A stretch of DNA of 57,240 bases from Limisphaerales bacterium. Its GTDB lineage: Bacteria; Pseudomonadota; Gammaproteobacteria; Pseudomonadales; Azotimanducaceae. The stretch covers positions 1 to 57,240 of the forward strand of contig JBNMMV010000001.1 in the NCBI GenBank assembly GCA_051270205.1, written 5' to 3'. The notes under the pieces were generated by a model. The model saw nothing but the letters and a program-made list of their open reading frames with translations. It was not told where the DNA came from and made no database searches. The translations under genes were made by a program, and so were the position numbers. Of the stretch, positions 19,769-30,398 are shown in pieces. The number at the start of each line of letters is the position of its first letter. The stretch's first letter is position 1.

Positions 19769-21660
19769 TCTGTCATAACCCCTGCGGCCTTTAGAGTGAT
19801 CTCAATTTCATCAATGATAGCTGGGTCATCAATGGTCGACGGTACCGTATAGGGATCTCCATCGATCATTTTTCGCATTACTTGGCGTAGGATTTTTCCT
19901 GAACGCGTCTTGGGTAAGCGCGTAACAACTACCGCGCGCTTAAAATTTGCAATCGCGCCAACGTTGTCTCTTACCATTTGCACAAGCTCAGCCTGCAAAG
20001 ACTCGGCTTCAATATTTTGTCCGTCTTTGATCAGTAAAAGCCCTACCGGGACTTGGCCTTTGTCTATATCGGCAATGCCCACAACAGCACATTCGGCCAC
20101 AGCCGGGTGGTCGGCAACCACTTCTTCAATTTGCCCGGTGGATAATCGATGCCCCGCAACATTGATGACATCATCGATGCGGCCCATCACATAGACATAG
20201 CCGTCCTCGTCTCTATAACCACCATCACCCGTCAAATAGTAACCAGGGTACTGGCTAAAATAACTCTCTACGTAGCGATCATGATCACCCCAAACTGTGG
20301 GGAAGCCACTCGGTGGGAGTGGTTCCTTGATGACTATTGCGCCTTCTTGGTTCGGTCCCAATTCTGTTCCGCTCTCATCTAGAATTTTAAGCTCGTAACC
20401 AGGCGCAGGCAGCGTTGGCGATCCAGCTTTCGTTTCCAACAGCTCGACACCTGCCATGTTGGTACAAATTGACCAACCCGTTTCGGTCTGCCACCAGTGA
20501 TCGATGATGGGCACGCCGGGTAGGTGCTCTTCTAGCCAGTGATAGGTAGGCGGGTCCAGTCGCTCACCAGCAACGAACTGATACTTTAAGTGAGAGAGGT
20601 CGTAGGCTTCTTTCAGCAAGCAATCGGGATCTTCTTTTTTAATCGCACGAAACGCTGTGGGTGCAACGAAGAAACTCTTAACTTTGTGATCACTCAGCAC
20701 TCGCCAAAATGCCCCTGCATCCGGCGTTCTCACCGGCTTTCCTTCATACAAGATGGTGGTACAGCCTTTGAATAACGGACCGTAGACAATGTAGGAATGG
20801 CCTACCACCCAACCAACATCAGAGGCCGCCCAATACACATCACCGACATCACAATCGTAAACGGCAGACATCGAATAGTTAAGGGCAACCGCATGGCCAC
20901 CGTGGTCTCGCACCACGCCCTTAGGCTTGCCGGTGGTTCCCGACGTATACAAGATGTACAACGGGTCTGTTGCCTCTACAGGCACACAGGCGTGAGGGCT
21001 GGCAGCTTCCACCCAAGGCTTCCAGTCAACATCGCGCTCAGAACTCAAATCAGCTTCACACTGGGGTCGTTGCAGCACAACCACCGCGTCGGGCTTATGT
21101 GTACTAAGTCTTACGGCTTCGTCGAGTAGCGGCTTGTAAGGAATAATTCGGTCAAATTCAATGCCACACGAAGCACCCAGTACGACTTTGGGTGTGGCAT
21201 CGTCGATTCTCGTGGCGAGCTCTGGGGGTGGAAAACCCCCAAACACCACGGAGTGCACCGCGCCCAATCGAGCACAAGCCAGCATTGCAACGGCGGTCTC
21301 AGGCACCATGGGCATATAGATGACAACACGATCACCTTTTTCAACACCAAGGCCTGCCAACGCACCGGCAACCTTAGCTGTCCAGTCCAACAATTCTTGA
21401 TAGCTGTATTTTTCTACTACTCCAGTCGCGGGAGAATCGTAGATAAGTGCAGTCTGTTCACCTCGACCAGCCAAAACATGTTGGTCAAGGGCAACGTATG
21501 CGGTATTCAACTTACCACCACGAAACCAACGCCAGGCACCATTCTCATCCTGATCGAGCGCCTGAGTAGGCGGTTCAATCCATGGGATTTGTTGTGCTTG
21601 ATCTAGCCAGAAGCCAGCAGGATCAGTAAGCGAGCGTTGATATTCCGCGGCGTATCCCAC
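19765..21660 (-). CDS. prpE: Propionate/short-chain acyl-CoA synthetase
   Basis: YILYTSGTTGKPKG, ASDVGWVVGHSY, IDHWWQTETG, GHRLSTG, LPKTRSGKILR. Confidence 0.85.
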   Translation of the reverse strand: MGYAAEYQRSLTDPAGFWLDQAQQIPWIEPPTQALDQDENGAWRWFRGGKLNTAYVALDQHVLAGRGEQTALIYDSPATGVVEKYSYQELLDWTAKVAGALAGLGVEKGDRVVIYMPMVPETAVAMLACARLGAVHSVVFGGFPPPELATRIDDATPKVVLGASCGIEFDRIIPYKPLLDEAVRLSTHKPDAVVVLQRPQCEADLSSERDVDWKPWVEAASPHACVPVEATDPLYILYTSGTTGKPKGVVRDHGGHAVALNYSMSAVYDCDVGDVYWAASDVGWVVGHSYIVYGPLFKGCTTILYEGKPVRTPDAGAFWRVLSDHKVKSFFVAPTAFRAIKKEDPDCLLKEAYDLSHLKYQFVAGERLDPPTYHWLEEHLPGVPIIDHWWQTETGWSICTNMAGVELLETKAGSPTLPAPGYELKILDESGTELGPNQEGAIVIKEPLPPSGFPTVWGDHDRYVESYFSQYPGYYLTGDGGYRDEDGYVYVMGRIDDVINVAGHRLSTGQIEEVVADHPAVAECAVVGIADIDKGQVPVGLLLIKDGQNIEAESLQAELVQMVRDNVGAIANFKRAVVVTRLPKTRSGKILRQVMRKMIDGDPYTVPSTIDDPAIIDEIEITLKAAGVMTE

Positions 21661-21662
21661 CG

Positions 21663-22169
21663 TTAGCTCATCGCTTTGATCATACGTGTCACTTTAGCTT
21701 TCTTAGGGCACATGCTAAGCAACTCTTTAAAAACATTGGAACGCTTGTTGATCAACTTGTGTCGGCAATAGAATTCCACGGCTTGGGACCAGGCGGATTC
21801 GATACCATGTTTGTTGATTGAAACAGTGGTATTGACAATCTTGCCGGATTCTCGGGACATAATGCCAACCTGAAAAACAGGCGTCATGGTGCCGCTCTTT
21901 TCGCGTTTCAAACGGCATAAAATACCTTTAATTTGGCCGCTTTCATCAAACTGAATCTGTTTTGCCGCTTTGTCTTTGGCTTTGTCTTGTACACCGGCCA
22001 ATTCAGTATCCCGAGCATCGGCTATGACTTTTACTGCCGCTTTTTTTGCGCCTCGCAAACGCTTGCTGTTCTCTTTCAGAGAAAAATATTCCTGATAGGT
22101 TTTGCCTTCGATCTGGCGGCGGACTCGATAACCATGGAAACGTGGGTTGTCTAGTAGTTCAACACTCAT
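21663..22169 (-). CDS. Basic hypothetical protein with two AP2-like DNA-binding domains
   Basis: HGYRVRRQIEGKTYQEYFS followed by a helix, and IKGI...FQVGI...GKIVNTTVSINKHGIESAWSQAVEF; co-oriented with neighbours, 2 nt from the prpE start. Domain call is by eye. Confidence 0.6.
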   Translation of the reverse strand: MSVELLDNPRFHGYRVRRQIEGKTYQEYFSLKENSKRLRGAKKAAVKVIADARDTELAGVQDKAKDKAAKQIQFDESGQIKGILCRLKREKSGTMTPVFQVGIMSRESGKIVNTTVSINKHGIESAWSQAVEFYCRHKLINKRSNVFKELLSMCPKKAKVTRMIKAMS

Positions 22170-22207
22170 TATTCGACCTTATATTTTTTTAAGTTTAGAG
22201 TCTGTGC

Positions 22208-23338
22208 TTAATCGGCTATGACGCCTTGTTTTTGTAAAGCACTTATTTCATCGGCGTTAAATCCGCAATCCATCAAAACGGAAATGGTGTCCTCTCCTGG
22301 GACTCTAGCGCCATGTGAAATTTCTGCTGTGGTTCGTGAGAACCGAGGCGCGGGCGCTTGCTGCATAACGCCATCTACCTCAAAAAAACTGTTTCTAGCT
22401 TTGTTGTGTGGGTGCTCAGGGGCTTCAAAAATGGACAATACTGGTGCGAAGCATACATCGGTGCCTTCCATAATCTCACACCATTGGGCTTGAGTTTTAC
22501 CCAAGAAGACTTTGGTTAGATCGGCTTTCAATTCCGGCCACATAGTCGGATCCATCTGGTTTTTGTACTTTTCCGGATCAAGCTCCGCCTTTTCAATAAG
22601 CAGTGCATAAAACTGCGGCTCTATTGAACCGATGCAGATAGCTTTGCCGTCTTGCGTCTCATACGTGTCGTAAAAATGCGCACCACCATCTAACAAGTTG
22701 GTGCCGCGCTGGTCGCTAAAACTACCGCTAGCGGCCATGGAAAAGAACATCGCCATTAGGGCAGCAGTACCGTCAACCATGGCGGCGTCCACCACTTGGC
22801 CTTCGCCTGACTTCTGTGATTCGAGCAAACCGCAAACGACACCGAACGCCAGCAACATGCCACCGCCGCCAAAATCACCAACCAAGTTTAGTGGTGGCAC
22901 TGGCCGTTCTCCTGCGCGACCAATTGCATGCAGCGCACCTGCCAGACCGATGTAGTTGATGTCGTGTCCGGCAGCCTTGGCCATGGGCCCGTCTTGTCCC
23001 CAACCTGTCATCCGCCCGTACACCAATTTTGGATTACGCTTCATGCAATGCTCGGGACCTAAACCTAATCGTTCGGTCACACCAGGCCTGAAGCCTTCAA
23101 ATAACGCGTCCGCGCTTTCGACCAAGCGGAGTACGGTTTCAACCCCAGTAGGATCTTTCAGGTCCAAGGCAATGGAACGGCGATTGCGTTGCAGAACATC
23201 TTTTGGCGCGGCTGACGCGTTTTGTAGCCGTTCGACGCGAATTACTTCTGCGCCCATATCTGAAAGCATCATTCCGCAAAACGGCCCAGGCCCGATACCC
23301 GCAAGCTCGATAATGCGAAATCCTGAAAGTGGTCCCAT
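22208..23338 (-). CDS. CaiB/BaiF family III CoA-transferase, alpha-methylacyl-CoA racemase-like
   Basis: [40 protein letters not shown]. Confidence 0.93.
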   Translation of the reverse strand: MGPLSGFRIIELAGIGPGPFCGMMLSDMGAEVIRVERLQNASAAPKDVLQRNRRSIALDLKDPTGVETVLRLVESADALFEGFRPGVTERLGLGPEHCMKRNPKLVYGRMTGWGQDGPMAKAAGHDINYIGLAGALHAIGRAGERPVPPLNLVGDFGGGGMLLAFGVVCGLLESQKSGEGQVVDAAMVDGTAALMAMFFSMAASGSFSDQRGTNLLDGGAHFYDTYETQDGKAICIGSIEPQFYALLIEKAELDPEKYKNQMDPTMWPELKADLTKVFLGKTQAQWCEIMEGTDVCFAPVLSIFEAPEHPHNKARNSFFEVDGVMQQAPAPRFSRTTAEISHGARVPGEDTISVLMDCGFNADEISALQKQGVIAD

Positions 23339-23582
23339 GAATTAGTCCCCTTGAATTACAGTTTCGTTTTAGTGCTGAACGCGCCCTTCGTTGCACGCAG
23401 CGTATGTTGAACACAGTCGATTTTTAAACTGTTCTAAAAAGTGAATACGAACTTTTCGTGTGCCGTATTTCGCTGTTTTATTCTTATTTTGTAGCGGCGC
23501 AATTCTAAACCATTGGCTTACGTCGCGGCTACGCAAAAAAACACTAATTTCTTCGCAATCATTTCTGGGGTAGAGTTTTGCT

Positions 23583-24629
23583 ATGCGCAAGATTATTCAC
23601 TGCGATTGCGACTCTTTCTATGCATCAGTAGAAATGCGCGACGATCCCTCTCTGCGAGATCTACCCATCGCGGTCGGCGGGCGCCCGGATAAACGCGGGG
23701 TAGTCGCCACTTGCAACTACAATGCTCGCGATTTCGGGGTCCACTCTGCAATGCCCATGAGTCAGGCCATCAGGCTATGCCCGCAACTCGTCGTACTTCC
23801 TCCGCAAATGGCCAAGTACAAGCATGAATCAGCACGCGTCCAGGCCATATTCCGCGACTACACCGAATTGGTAGAACCACTGTCTCTCGACGAAGCGTTT
23901 CTTGATGTCAGTGAATGCCAAGTACAAGACGGTAGCGCGACGCGTATTGCTAGCGAAATTCGAGATCGAGTCAGGTCGGATGTCGGTATTACGATTTCAG
24001 CAGGAATCGCACCCAACAAGTTTCTCGCTAAGATCGCGTCAGACTGGAACAAACCCGATGGCCAATTTACGGTCACGCCAAACGACATAGAGACGTTCAT
24101 TAGCGCTCTGCCTGTCAATAAAATTTTTGGCGTCGGCTCAGTGACCGCAGCAAAAATGAAGAGTTTGGGCATAACTACCTGTCATGATCTTCAACAACAC
24201 GACTTGCCAGAACTCACTCAGCGTTTCGGAAAATTTGGTGCGCGGCTGTTTGAGCTTTCACGAGGAATTGATGAAAGACCGGTGCGTACCGACAGAATAC
24301 GTAAGTCGCTTTCAGCAGAACGCACCTACGCCCAAGACATTGGTGGCCTCGAAAGCTGTCTTAGCGCGCTCACCACTTTGGTGAGCGAGTTAGAAGCCCG
24401 GGTTGAGCGTGCCGAATGCCAACATCGAATCGTCGGCCGTACTATTAAAGTTCGCTTCAGCGGATTTGAAACCACAACAGCCGCGCACGCCGGTTCCAAT
24501 ATTTCCCTCACAGCATTCCAGTCGCTGTTAGAAATCGCTTGGGCACGTGGACAAAAGCCCGTGCGGCTAATCGGTGTGGGTGTAAAGCTCCGCGCGCCCC
24601 AACAGAACGGTCAGCTGGGATTGTTTTAG
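23583..24629 (+). CDS. dinB: DNA polymerase IV
   Basis: IIHCDCDSFYASVE, CNYNAR.FGV.SAMP, SLDEAFLD, KIASDWNKPDG. Confidence 0.97.
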   Translation: MRKIIHCDCDSFYASVEMRDDPSLRDLPIAVGGRPDKRGVVATCNYNARDFGVHSAMPMSQAIRLCPQLVVLPPQMAKYKHESARVQAIFRDYTELVEPLSLDEAFLDVSECQVQDGSATRIASEIRDRVRSDVGITISAGIAPNKFLAKIASDWNKPDGQFTVTPNDIETFISALPVNKIFGVGSVTAAKMKSLGITTCHDLQQHDLPELTQRFGKFGARLFELSRGIDERPVRTDRIRKSLSAERTYAQDIGGLESCLSALTTLVSELEARVERAECQHRIVGRTIKVRFSGFETTTAAHAGSNISLTAFQSLLEIAWARGQKPVRLIGVGVKLRAPQQNGQLGLF

Positions 24630-24674
24630 TCGGTGCCTACAGCGAATTCGGAGCCCATAGCGCGAAACCAGTGC

Positions 24675-26447
24675 TTAGACCGCGAATTGCATTTGCGCAA
24701 ACCGCGAATAAAGGGGGCTACTGATCAATAGTTCTTCGTGGTTGCCACTGTCTATCAACTGGCCATTTTCTAGCACCAGAATCCGATCAGCCTGACGTAC
24801 GGTGGAGAGGCGGTGGGCTATTACCATTATCGTCATATGACCCTTAAGGCTTTCTATGGACAGCCGAATATGGTGCTCACTTTCCGCATCTAGTGCGCTG
24901 GTGGCTTCATCCAACAACAATATCGAAGGCTTTGAAAGCAGTGCTCGAGCAATGGCTAAACGTTGCCGTTGGCCACCAGAGAGCCCAACACCATCTTCGC
25001 CAATCCGCGTTTCCAAGCCATCAGGTAAGGCGTCAACAAATTCCAATGCATGGGCAATTTTTAGCGCATCTCGAAGTTCGTCTGCAGTGGCAGAGGCACG
25101 GGCGTAGCGTAAGTTCTCACTCAAACTGCCTGAAAACATAACCGGATCTTGTGGCACAAACCCAACAACACCGCGTAGATCGGACAGACCTAACTCCACA
25201 CTATCGATATCATTCAACAGTACTCGCCCTGAGCTGGGATTATAGAAGCGCTGGATTAAATCAAACAGCGTGCTCTTGCCGGCGCCGGATGGCCCGACGA
25301 TAGCAACCATCTCGCCAGGATCAACGCGAAACGACACATCACGCAAAACTTGTGCATCGGGTCGCGTAGGGTAGAAAAAATTCAAACCATCAAGCTCAAG
25401 CGCTACCTCACGATTCGCATCGGCTACGAGTGTCTTGGGTTCTGGCACTTGGAGAATCTCACTAGGTGATTGCAGGAGTTCCATTAGCCTTTCCATAGCA
25501 CCCGCTGCGCGCTGTAAATCGCTGAGCACTTCACTAATGGCACCTACGGAGCCGGCGACAATGAATGCATAGAATATGAACGCTGCCAGTTCTCCAGAAC
25601 TGGTATTGCCGGAGAGAACATCCTGTCCACCCACCCACAACATGGTAGCCACGGCACCGAAAACCAACAGCATCACCGCTGCAATGAGGAAAGCCCGCTG
25701 TCGGATCCTCTGAATAGACACCTCAAAGGCATCATTTACCCGCAACGTAAACCGTCGTTCATCCTCACCTTGGTGGTTGAACGATTGGACGATTTTTATA
25801 TGCCGCAACGATTCTCCGGCATAGCTACCCACGTCAGCCAATCGATCTTGGCTGCTACGCGACAATTGGCGCACTCGTCGCCCGAAGATAATGACCGGGA
25901 AAACCACCAGCGGCACACTGGCAAGCACAATCAGGCTCAACTTTACGTTGGTAATGAACAGTAACGTCAAACCACCGATGAACATCAATATATTGCGCAG
26001 TGCGATAGATACTGACGACCCAATTACGGTTTGTAAGAGGGTGGTATCGGTGGTGATGCGCGATTGAATCTCGCTCGGCGCGTTCTTTTCAAAAAACCCC
26101 GGATGCAAATCCAGAAGATGGGTGAATACAGCGAGGCGAATGTCAGCGCTGACGCGCTCCCCCACCCAGGAGACAAAATAGAAGCGAACAAACGTACCCA
26201 CAGTGAGCACGCCTACAAAGCCGGCAAACAAGCTTATCGAGTCGATGAGAATATTCGCATCGCCACTGGCGAACCCTTGGTCTATGACCATGCGCAGCCC
26301 TTGCCCTATCGACAGTGTTGCGCCCGCGGTAACCACCAGCGCAATACTGGCGAAGACCACCTGTTTAATATAGGGCGTTAAAAATTTGAGCGCAGGGGTG
26401 AGCCGCGTCATGTCTTTGGTCGTTGCTCGGTCTAGTCCTTCGTCCAT
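24675..26447 (-). CDS. ABC exporter, fused TMD-NBD (MsbA-related)
   Basis: Six TM segments, GPSGAGKST, LSGGQRQR, LLDEATSALD, IAHRLST; start uncertain (26474, 26447 or 26411). Confidence 0.92.
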   Translation of the reverse strand: MDEGLDRATTKDMTRLTPALKFLTPYIKQVVFASIALVVTAGATLSIGQGLRMVIDQGFASGDANILIDSISLFAGFVGVLTVGTFVRFYFVSWVGERVSADIRLAVFTHLLDLHPGFFEKNAPSEIQSRITTDTTLLQTVIGSSVSIALRNILMFIGGLTLLFITNVKLSLIVLASVPLVVFPVIIFGRRVRQLSRSSQDRLADVGSYAGESLRHIKIVQSFNHQGEDERRFTLRVNDAFEVSIQRIRQRAFLIAAVMLLVFGAVATMLWVGGQDVLSGNTSSGELAAFIFYAFIVAGSVGAISEVLSDLQRAAGAMERLMELLQSPSEILQVPEPKTLVADANREVALELDGLNFFYPTRPDAQVLRDVSFRVDPGEMVAIVGPSGAGKSTLFDLIQRFYNPSSGRVLLNDIDSVELGLSDLRGVVGFVPQDPVMFSGSLSENLRYARASATADELRDALKIAHALEFVDALPDGLETRIGEDGVGLSGGQRQRLAIARALLSKPSILLLDEATSALDAESEHHIRLSIESLKGHMTIMVIAHRLSTVRQADRILVLENGQLIDSGNHEELLISSPLYSRFAQMQFAV

Positions 26448-26525
26448 GGCGCGCATTATCCGTAGAACTTGCACTCAAAGTAAGCCCAGCATAAGGTCAT
26501 TCGCAGTTTTTTTAGGTGAAATGCG

Positions 26526-27173
26526 ATGTTGGAGTGTATTGAGGTCGAAACAGGCGCTAATTCTGTGGGTACAGTTATCTGGATGCACGGTTTAGGTGCA
26601 GACGCCTCCGATTTTGAACCCATAGTGCCGATGCTGGATTTAGCCCAGCCATTGCGATTTGTTTTCCCAAATGCACCTGTTCGTCCAATAACTATCAATG
26701 GCGGGGCTGAAATGCGCGGTTGGTATGACATTGACCCTGGCGCGCCCTTGGCCGGAGGAGAGGACATTGCCACCTCCGCCGATGGCATTGCCGAAATTGT
26801 CGCCGCAGAAGTGGAGCGCGGTGTACCATCCGAAAAAATTACATTAGCGGGCTTTTCCCAAGGCGGTGTCATTGCCTTACAGCTCGCCCTTGCACACAGA
26901 CAAAAGCTGGCAGGCGTAATGGCTTTGTCTACCTATGTGCACGATCACGAGAATCTCGCTACCCGTCTGGACTTTGCAAACGCCGAAACACCAATTTTTA
27001 TGGCCCATGGAATTAGCGACGCTATGATTCCTATCACTCGTGCGATCACCTCACGAGAGGCGTTGTTGGGTTTCAGCTACCCAGTCGAATGGCACGAATA
27101 CGCGATGGGGCATCAAGTGTGTCCCCAAGAAATATCCGATATCGCTCAATGGCTGAATCAGATATATCCGTAG
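26526..27173 (+). CDS. Phospholipase/carboxylesterase (alpha/beta hydrolase)
   Basis: HGLGA, FPNAP, WYDI, GFSQGG nucleophile elbow, HG..D, MGH. Confidence 0.93.
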   Translation: MLECIEVETGANSVGTVIWMHGLGADASDFEPIVPMLDLAQPLRFVFPNAPVRPITINGGAEMRGWYDIDPGAPLAGGEDIATSADGIAEIVAAEVERGVPSEKITLAGFSQGGVIALQLALAHRQKLAGVMALSTYVHDHENLATRLDFANAETPIFMAHGISDAMIPITRAITSREALLGFSYPVEWHEYAMGHQVCPQEISDIAQWLNQIYP

Positions 27174-27742
27174 CGGCGCCACTCGTCGCATCTGATCCAA
27201 GGTGGATCAAAACTGTTCTTGCAGACTTTGATGTCTTTCTGCAAGACCACGCTTCGTGTGAGAAAAAAGCATCGGGAATGGCGATGAATGTCGCTGCGCA
27301 CTACCCTGACCAACCCGCGTTGTTAGCCGCTATGGTCGATCTCGCTGTGGAGGAACTCAACCACTACCGTGAAGTCGTTAAACTGTTACTCACTCGACAA
27401 ATAGCGCCGGCGCCAGATGTAAAAGATGCCTACGTTGGCACTCTCAATCAACAAGTACGCCGCGGCACCGAGAATTTTTTACTCGACCGCCTTTTGGTTG
27501 GCGCCGTAGTCGAGCGTCGAGGCGCAGAACGTTTCGAACTCATCGCCCAGCATCTTAACGACCCCATACTTCAAGCGTTCTACCAAGACATCGCCCTGAG
27601 CGAAAGCCGCCATTGGCTGCTATTTGTTGACCTCGCAAGCAGTCATTGTGATGCAACAGCTGTCGTGCCCAGATTTATAGAACTTGCTGCCTTTGAAAAT
27701 GAACTTGTTTCCACGTTACCTCTTCGCGCTGCACTGCATTGA
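27149..27742 (+). CDS. miaE: tRNA-(ms2io6A37) hydroxylase
   Basis: DHASCEKKAS, EELNHY, DRLLVG..VERRGAERF, SESRH di-iron ligands, C-terminal ALH; start ATG 27149. Confidence 0.9.
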   Translation: MAESDISVAAPLVASDPRWIKTVLADFDVFLQDHASCEKKASGMAMNVAAHYPDQPALLAAMVDLAVEELNHYREVVKLLLTRQIAPAPDVKDAYVGTLNQQVRRGTENFLLDRLLVGAVVERRGAERFELIAQHLNDPILQAFYQDIALSESRHWLLFVDLASSHCDATAVVPRFIELAAFENELVSTLPLRAALH

Positions 27743-28839
27743 ATGTTGTTGAGAAATACCTCTCAACCTACGCCTCGCTAGAGGGAATCGAAATCAACAC
27801 AGAGCGCACCGCGCCGTACAGGTGGGCTTTGATCATTCCCGCCTACGATGAAACACCGGCCTCGATCCAAATGCTCATCGACTACTGCGTCGATCACGAC
27901 GCGTTACTCATTCTAATCGTCAATGCACCCGACAACGCGGATCAGGCGGCTAGAAAACGCACCCTGACTTTACTCGACTTTGCCGGATGCCCTAATACCT
28001 ACCTGATAGACCATGTCACCCAGCCTCTGCCTCAACACCAGGGCGTCGGTCTGGCGCGAAAAATTGGCACTGATACGGCGCTCTTTCTCTATAACGCCAA
28101 GCAAATTCGATCCCCCTGGTTTTTTCAAAGCGACGCTGATGTGCGTTTGCCGAGCGGCTACTTCCAACAAACGATGCCCACCAGTGGCACGGTGATTTTC
28201 AATCATCAACATGTCAGCTCAGATCCCAAGCTTGCGTTGGCTGCACGTCTTTACGATGCCCACATGGACCACTACGTTGCCGGTTTACGCAGCGCAGGTT
28301 CGCTATACGCCTACCCCACCTTAGGCAGCACGTTGTCGATCCATGCGCAGAGCTATGCAACAGTTCGCGGATTCCCCAAAAGGAACGCAGGCGAAGATTT
28401 CCACGTCCTAAATAAACTGGCGAAAATTGCCCCAGTCACAATCATGGCAGACGTCTCCGTTAGGGTGGAGGCTCGGTTGTCGACCCGCGTACCCTTTGGC
28501 ACCGGACCGGCGCTCGCGCGTATCCACCGGGAGTTGGAGGAAGGCATGCGGCCTTCCGAATTCAAGAGCTACCACCCCAATACTTTCGTACTACTGACCG
28601 AGGCGATGAAACAACTCGCGGAGTACGCCGAAAAGCCATCATCCGCTACTTTTTCACCTATCATCAGTGAAATACTCAGCGAATTGGGCTGGATGTCCGT
28701 GGCTGACAAACTCGCCACAGGATTCACTAACTTGGCACCCCGATCCCGAGGCATCACCAATTGGTTCGATGCGCTTAAAACCTTGCGTTTCATTCACCGT
28801 GCTCAGCAAATCTACCCCGACCAACCGCTCAAAGTTTGA
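27739..28839 (+). CDS. GT-A fold (GT2-like) glycosyltransferase homolog
   Basis: IIPAYDE, GVGLARKIG, SDAD (DxD), GGF-like VRGF, GEDF; TTGA overlap with miaE. Confidence 0.7.
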   Translation: MNVVEKYLSTYASLEGIEINTERTAPYRWALIIPAYDETPASIQMLIDYCVDHDALLILIVNAPDNADQAARKRTLTLLDFAGCPNTYLIDHVTQPLPQHQGVGLARKIGTDTALFLYNAKQIRSPWFFQSDADVRLPSGYFQQTMPTSGTVIFNHQHVSSDPKLALAARLYDAHMDHYVAGLRSAGSLYAYPTLGSTLSIHAQSYATVRGFPKRNAGEDFHVLNKLAKIAPVTIMADVSVRVEARLSTRVPFGTGPALARIHRELEEGMRPSEFKSYHPNTFVLLTEAMKQLAEYAEKPSSATFSPIISEILSELGWMSVADKLATGFTNLAPRSRGITNWFDALKTLRFIHRAQQIYPDQPLKV

Positions 28840-28950
28840 CCCGCGCCTCGCCCGGAATGAGACCGACCACACACTTTAGCGCTCAACTTGAGTCCATCCC
28901 CCTATTTACCGGTAACATCGTCAACAAAGGCAGCGTGCAAGGGACTTAGC

Positions 28951-29538
28951 ATGACTACAGAGATACCTGAAAATTCAGATTTAGCTTGGGATTTAGACGA
29001 TTTCGCCGAGGCGAGCCGCGCAATGGAGTTCGTAATGCAATTCGAACAAACTCTTTGTGTCTATTCTCCATCGGTGCAGCAAATCTACTCGAACTACAAC
29101 ATGTTCTTTCCCGACGATTGGGATCGAAAGTTGGTCATCTTGCCCGACGCATCGGCATTTCATGATACGTTTTTCAACGTCGACAAAAGCTCTATAACCG
29201 CCACCGGCCTTTACATCGTGCCTGGCGAACTCATCGAGCGGACTGGTCTCTATCTTGCAAATATCGATGAGAATAGAAACCTGGGAAAACGTCAAATCCC
29301 TTTCGAAGCTGGGCTCAAGGCAATTATATCTCGGCAACCCGACAACGACCCGTTCCTTCCAGTGCTCGCCAAAGGCGACCTACGGGAGCTAGAACAGTCC
29401 TGGCCGGTAATGCACTTGCACCGCGTAAATCCAGCGGCCATAGAACATATGTCAAATCTGGACCGCACAAATCTGAGCAATGTGATTTCTGAAAAGCTAG
29501 ACTCTCTTTTCTACAGTCAACAGAGCAACGTCGCCTGA
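28951..29538 (+). CDS. Hypothetical cytoplasmic protein
   Basis: 195 aa ORF from ATG 28951 with AGGGA upstream, protein-like composition, no motif recognised. Confidence 0.75.
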   Translation: MTTEIPENSDLAWDLDDFAEASRAMEFVMQFEQTLCVYSPSVQQIYSNYNMFFPDDWDRKLVILPDASAFHDTFFNVDKSSITATGLYIVPGELIERTGLYLANIDENRNLGKRQIPFEAGLKAIISRQPDNDPFLPVLAKGDLRELEQSWPVMHLHRVNPAAIEHMSNLDRTNLSNVISEKLDSLFYSQQSNVA

Positions 29539-30398
29539 TTCGATCTCTACTTTGGCGCAACTTAGCGCTGACACTGCTGCTACTCGGCATCGTCGGACTA
29601 TCCTGGTCACGATATTTTGATGACATTGCCTTGGACGTTACCGAAGGAACATTCAAACGCGCGCTCACTGTTGCCGCACTCGCACGAGCATTTAACGGCG
29701 TTATTTCTGTGGCTCAAGGAACTGAGGTCGCGATACAACCGGTTGGTGTTGGTGTCACCCTAACCCTAGGCGAAATACTCGACCCAATTAATGACTTGGT
29801 AGAACGTTTTTCCCTGCTGGCGCTAGTCGCCAGCGTTTCCCTTGGTATGCAATTGACCTTGGGAGAGATTTTCGCCTCAACCTGGTTCGCAGGCGCTGTC
29901 ACCATTGCGGTTGCGTGGACGATTTTTTTCGTCTGGAGACCGGCAAAAAATCCAGCAACAAAATTCTGTCAGCGCGCGTTCCTTGCTTTCATTTGTGTGC
30001 GTTTTATCTTTGTCGCGGTGTTATCACTGGGCTATCTTGCTAACACCGCATTCTTGGAAGACCAACAAACACAAGCGATGGATCACCTAGCGGCTACCAC
30101 AACTCAAGTGCAAGCACTGCAGTCTGTCCAGAACCCAACACAAGCCGACGAAGAGGCAGGTTTTATTGATCGGACCGCCGCGGGGTTGAGTAACCTTTTG
30201 AACGCCACACGACAGTCGTTGGATCTAAAAGCCCAGCTTGAGCAAGTACGCGAAGCTGTGGAAAAAATCGTTGAGGAGATTATCAGCCTCATTGTCGTCT
30301 TTATTCTCCAAACATTGCTCATCCCAATTGGCTCACTGTATTTGGTTTGGTGGTCGATAAAGACCTTCGGGCGTCGACTAAACCCGAATAATCCTTAA
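29535..30398 (+). CDS. Hypothetical multi-pass membrane protein (probable CTG start at 29535)
   Basis: Frame is open upstream of TTG 29631 and encodes a further TM segment (IRSLLWRNLALTLLLLGIVGLSWS); CTGA overlaps the previous stop. Confidence 0.75.
   Translation: MIRSLLWRNLALTLLLLGIVGLSWSRYFDDIALDVTEGTFKRALTVAALARAFNGVISVAQGTEVAIQPVGVGVTLTLGEILDPINDLVERFSLLALVASVSLGMQLTLGEIFASTWFAGAVTIAVAWTIFFVWRPAKNPATKFCQRAFLAFICVRFIFVAVLSLGYLANTAFLEDQQTQAMDHLAATTTQVQALQSVQNPTQADEEAGFIDRTAAGLSNLLNATRQSLDLKAQLEQVREAVEKIVEEIISLIVVFILQTLLIPIGSLYLVWWSIKTFGRRLNPNNP

Noticed and set aside
23340-23582. LexA box upstream of dinB
   Set aside because: No CTGT-N8-ACAG found; only an oppositely arranged ACAG-N12-CTGT near 23414-23432
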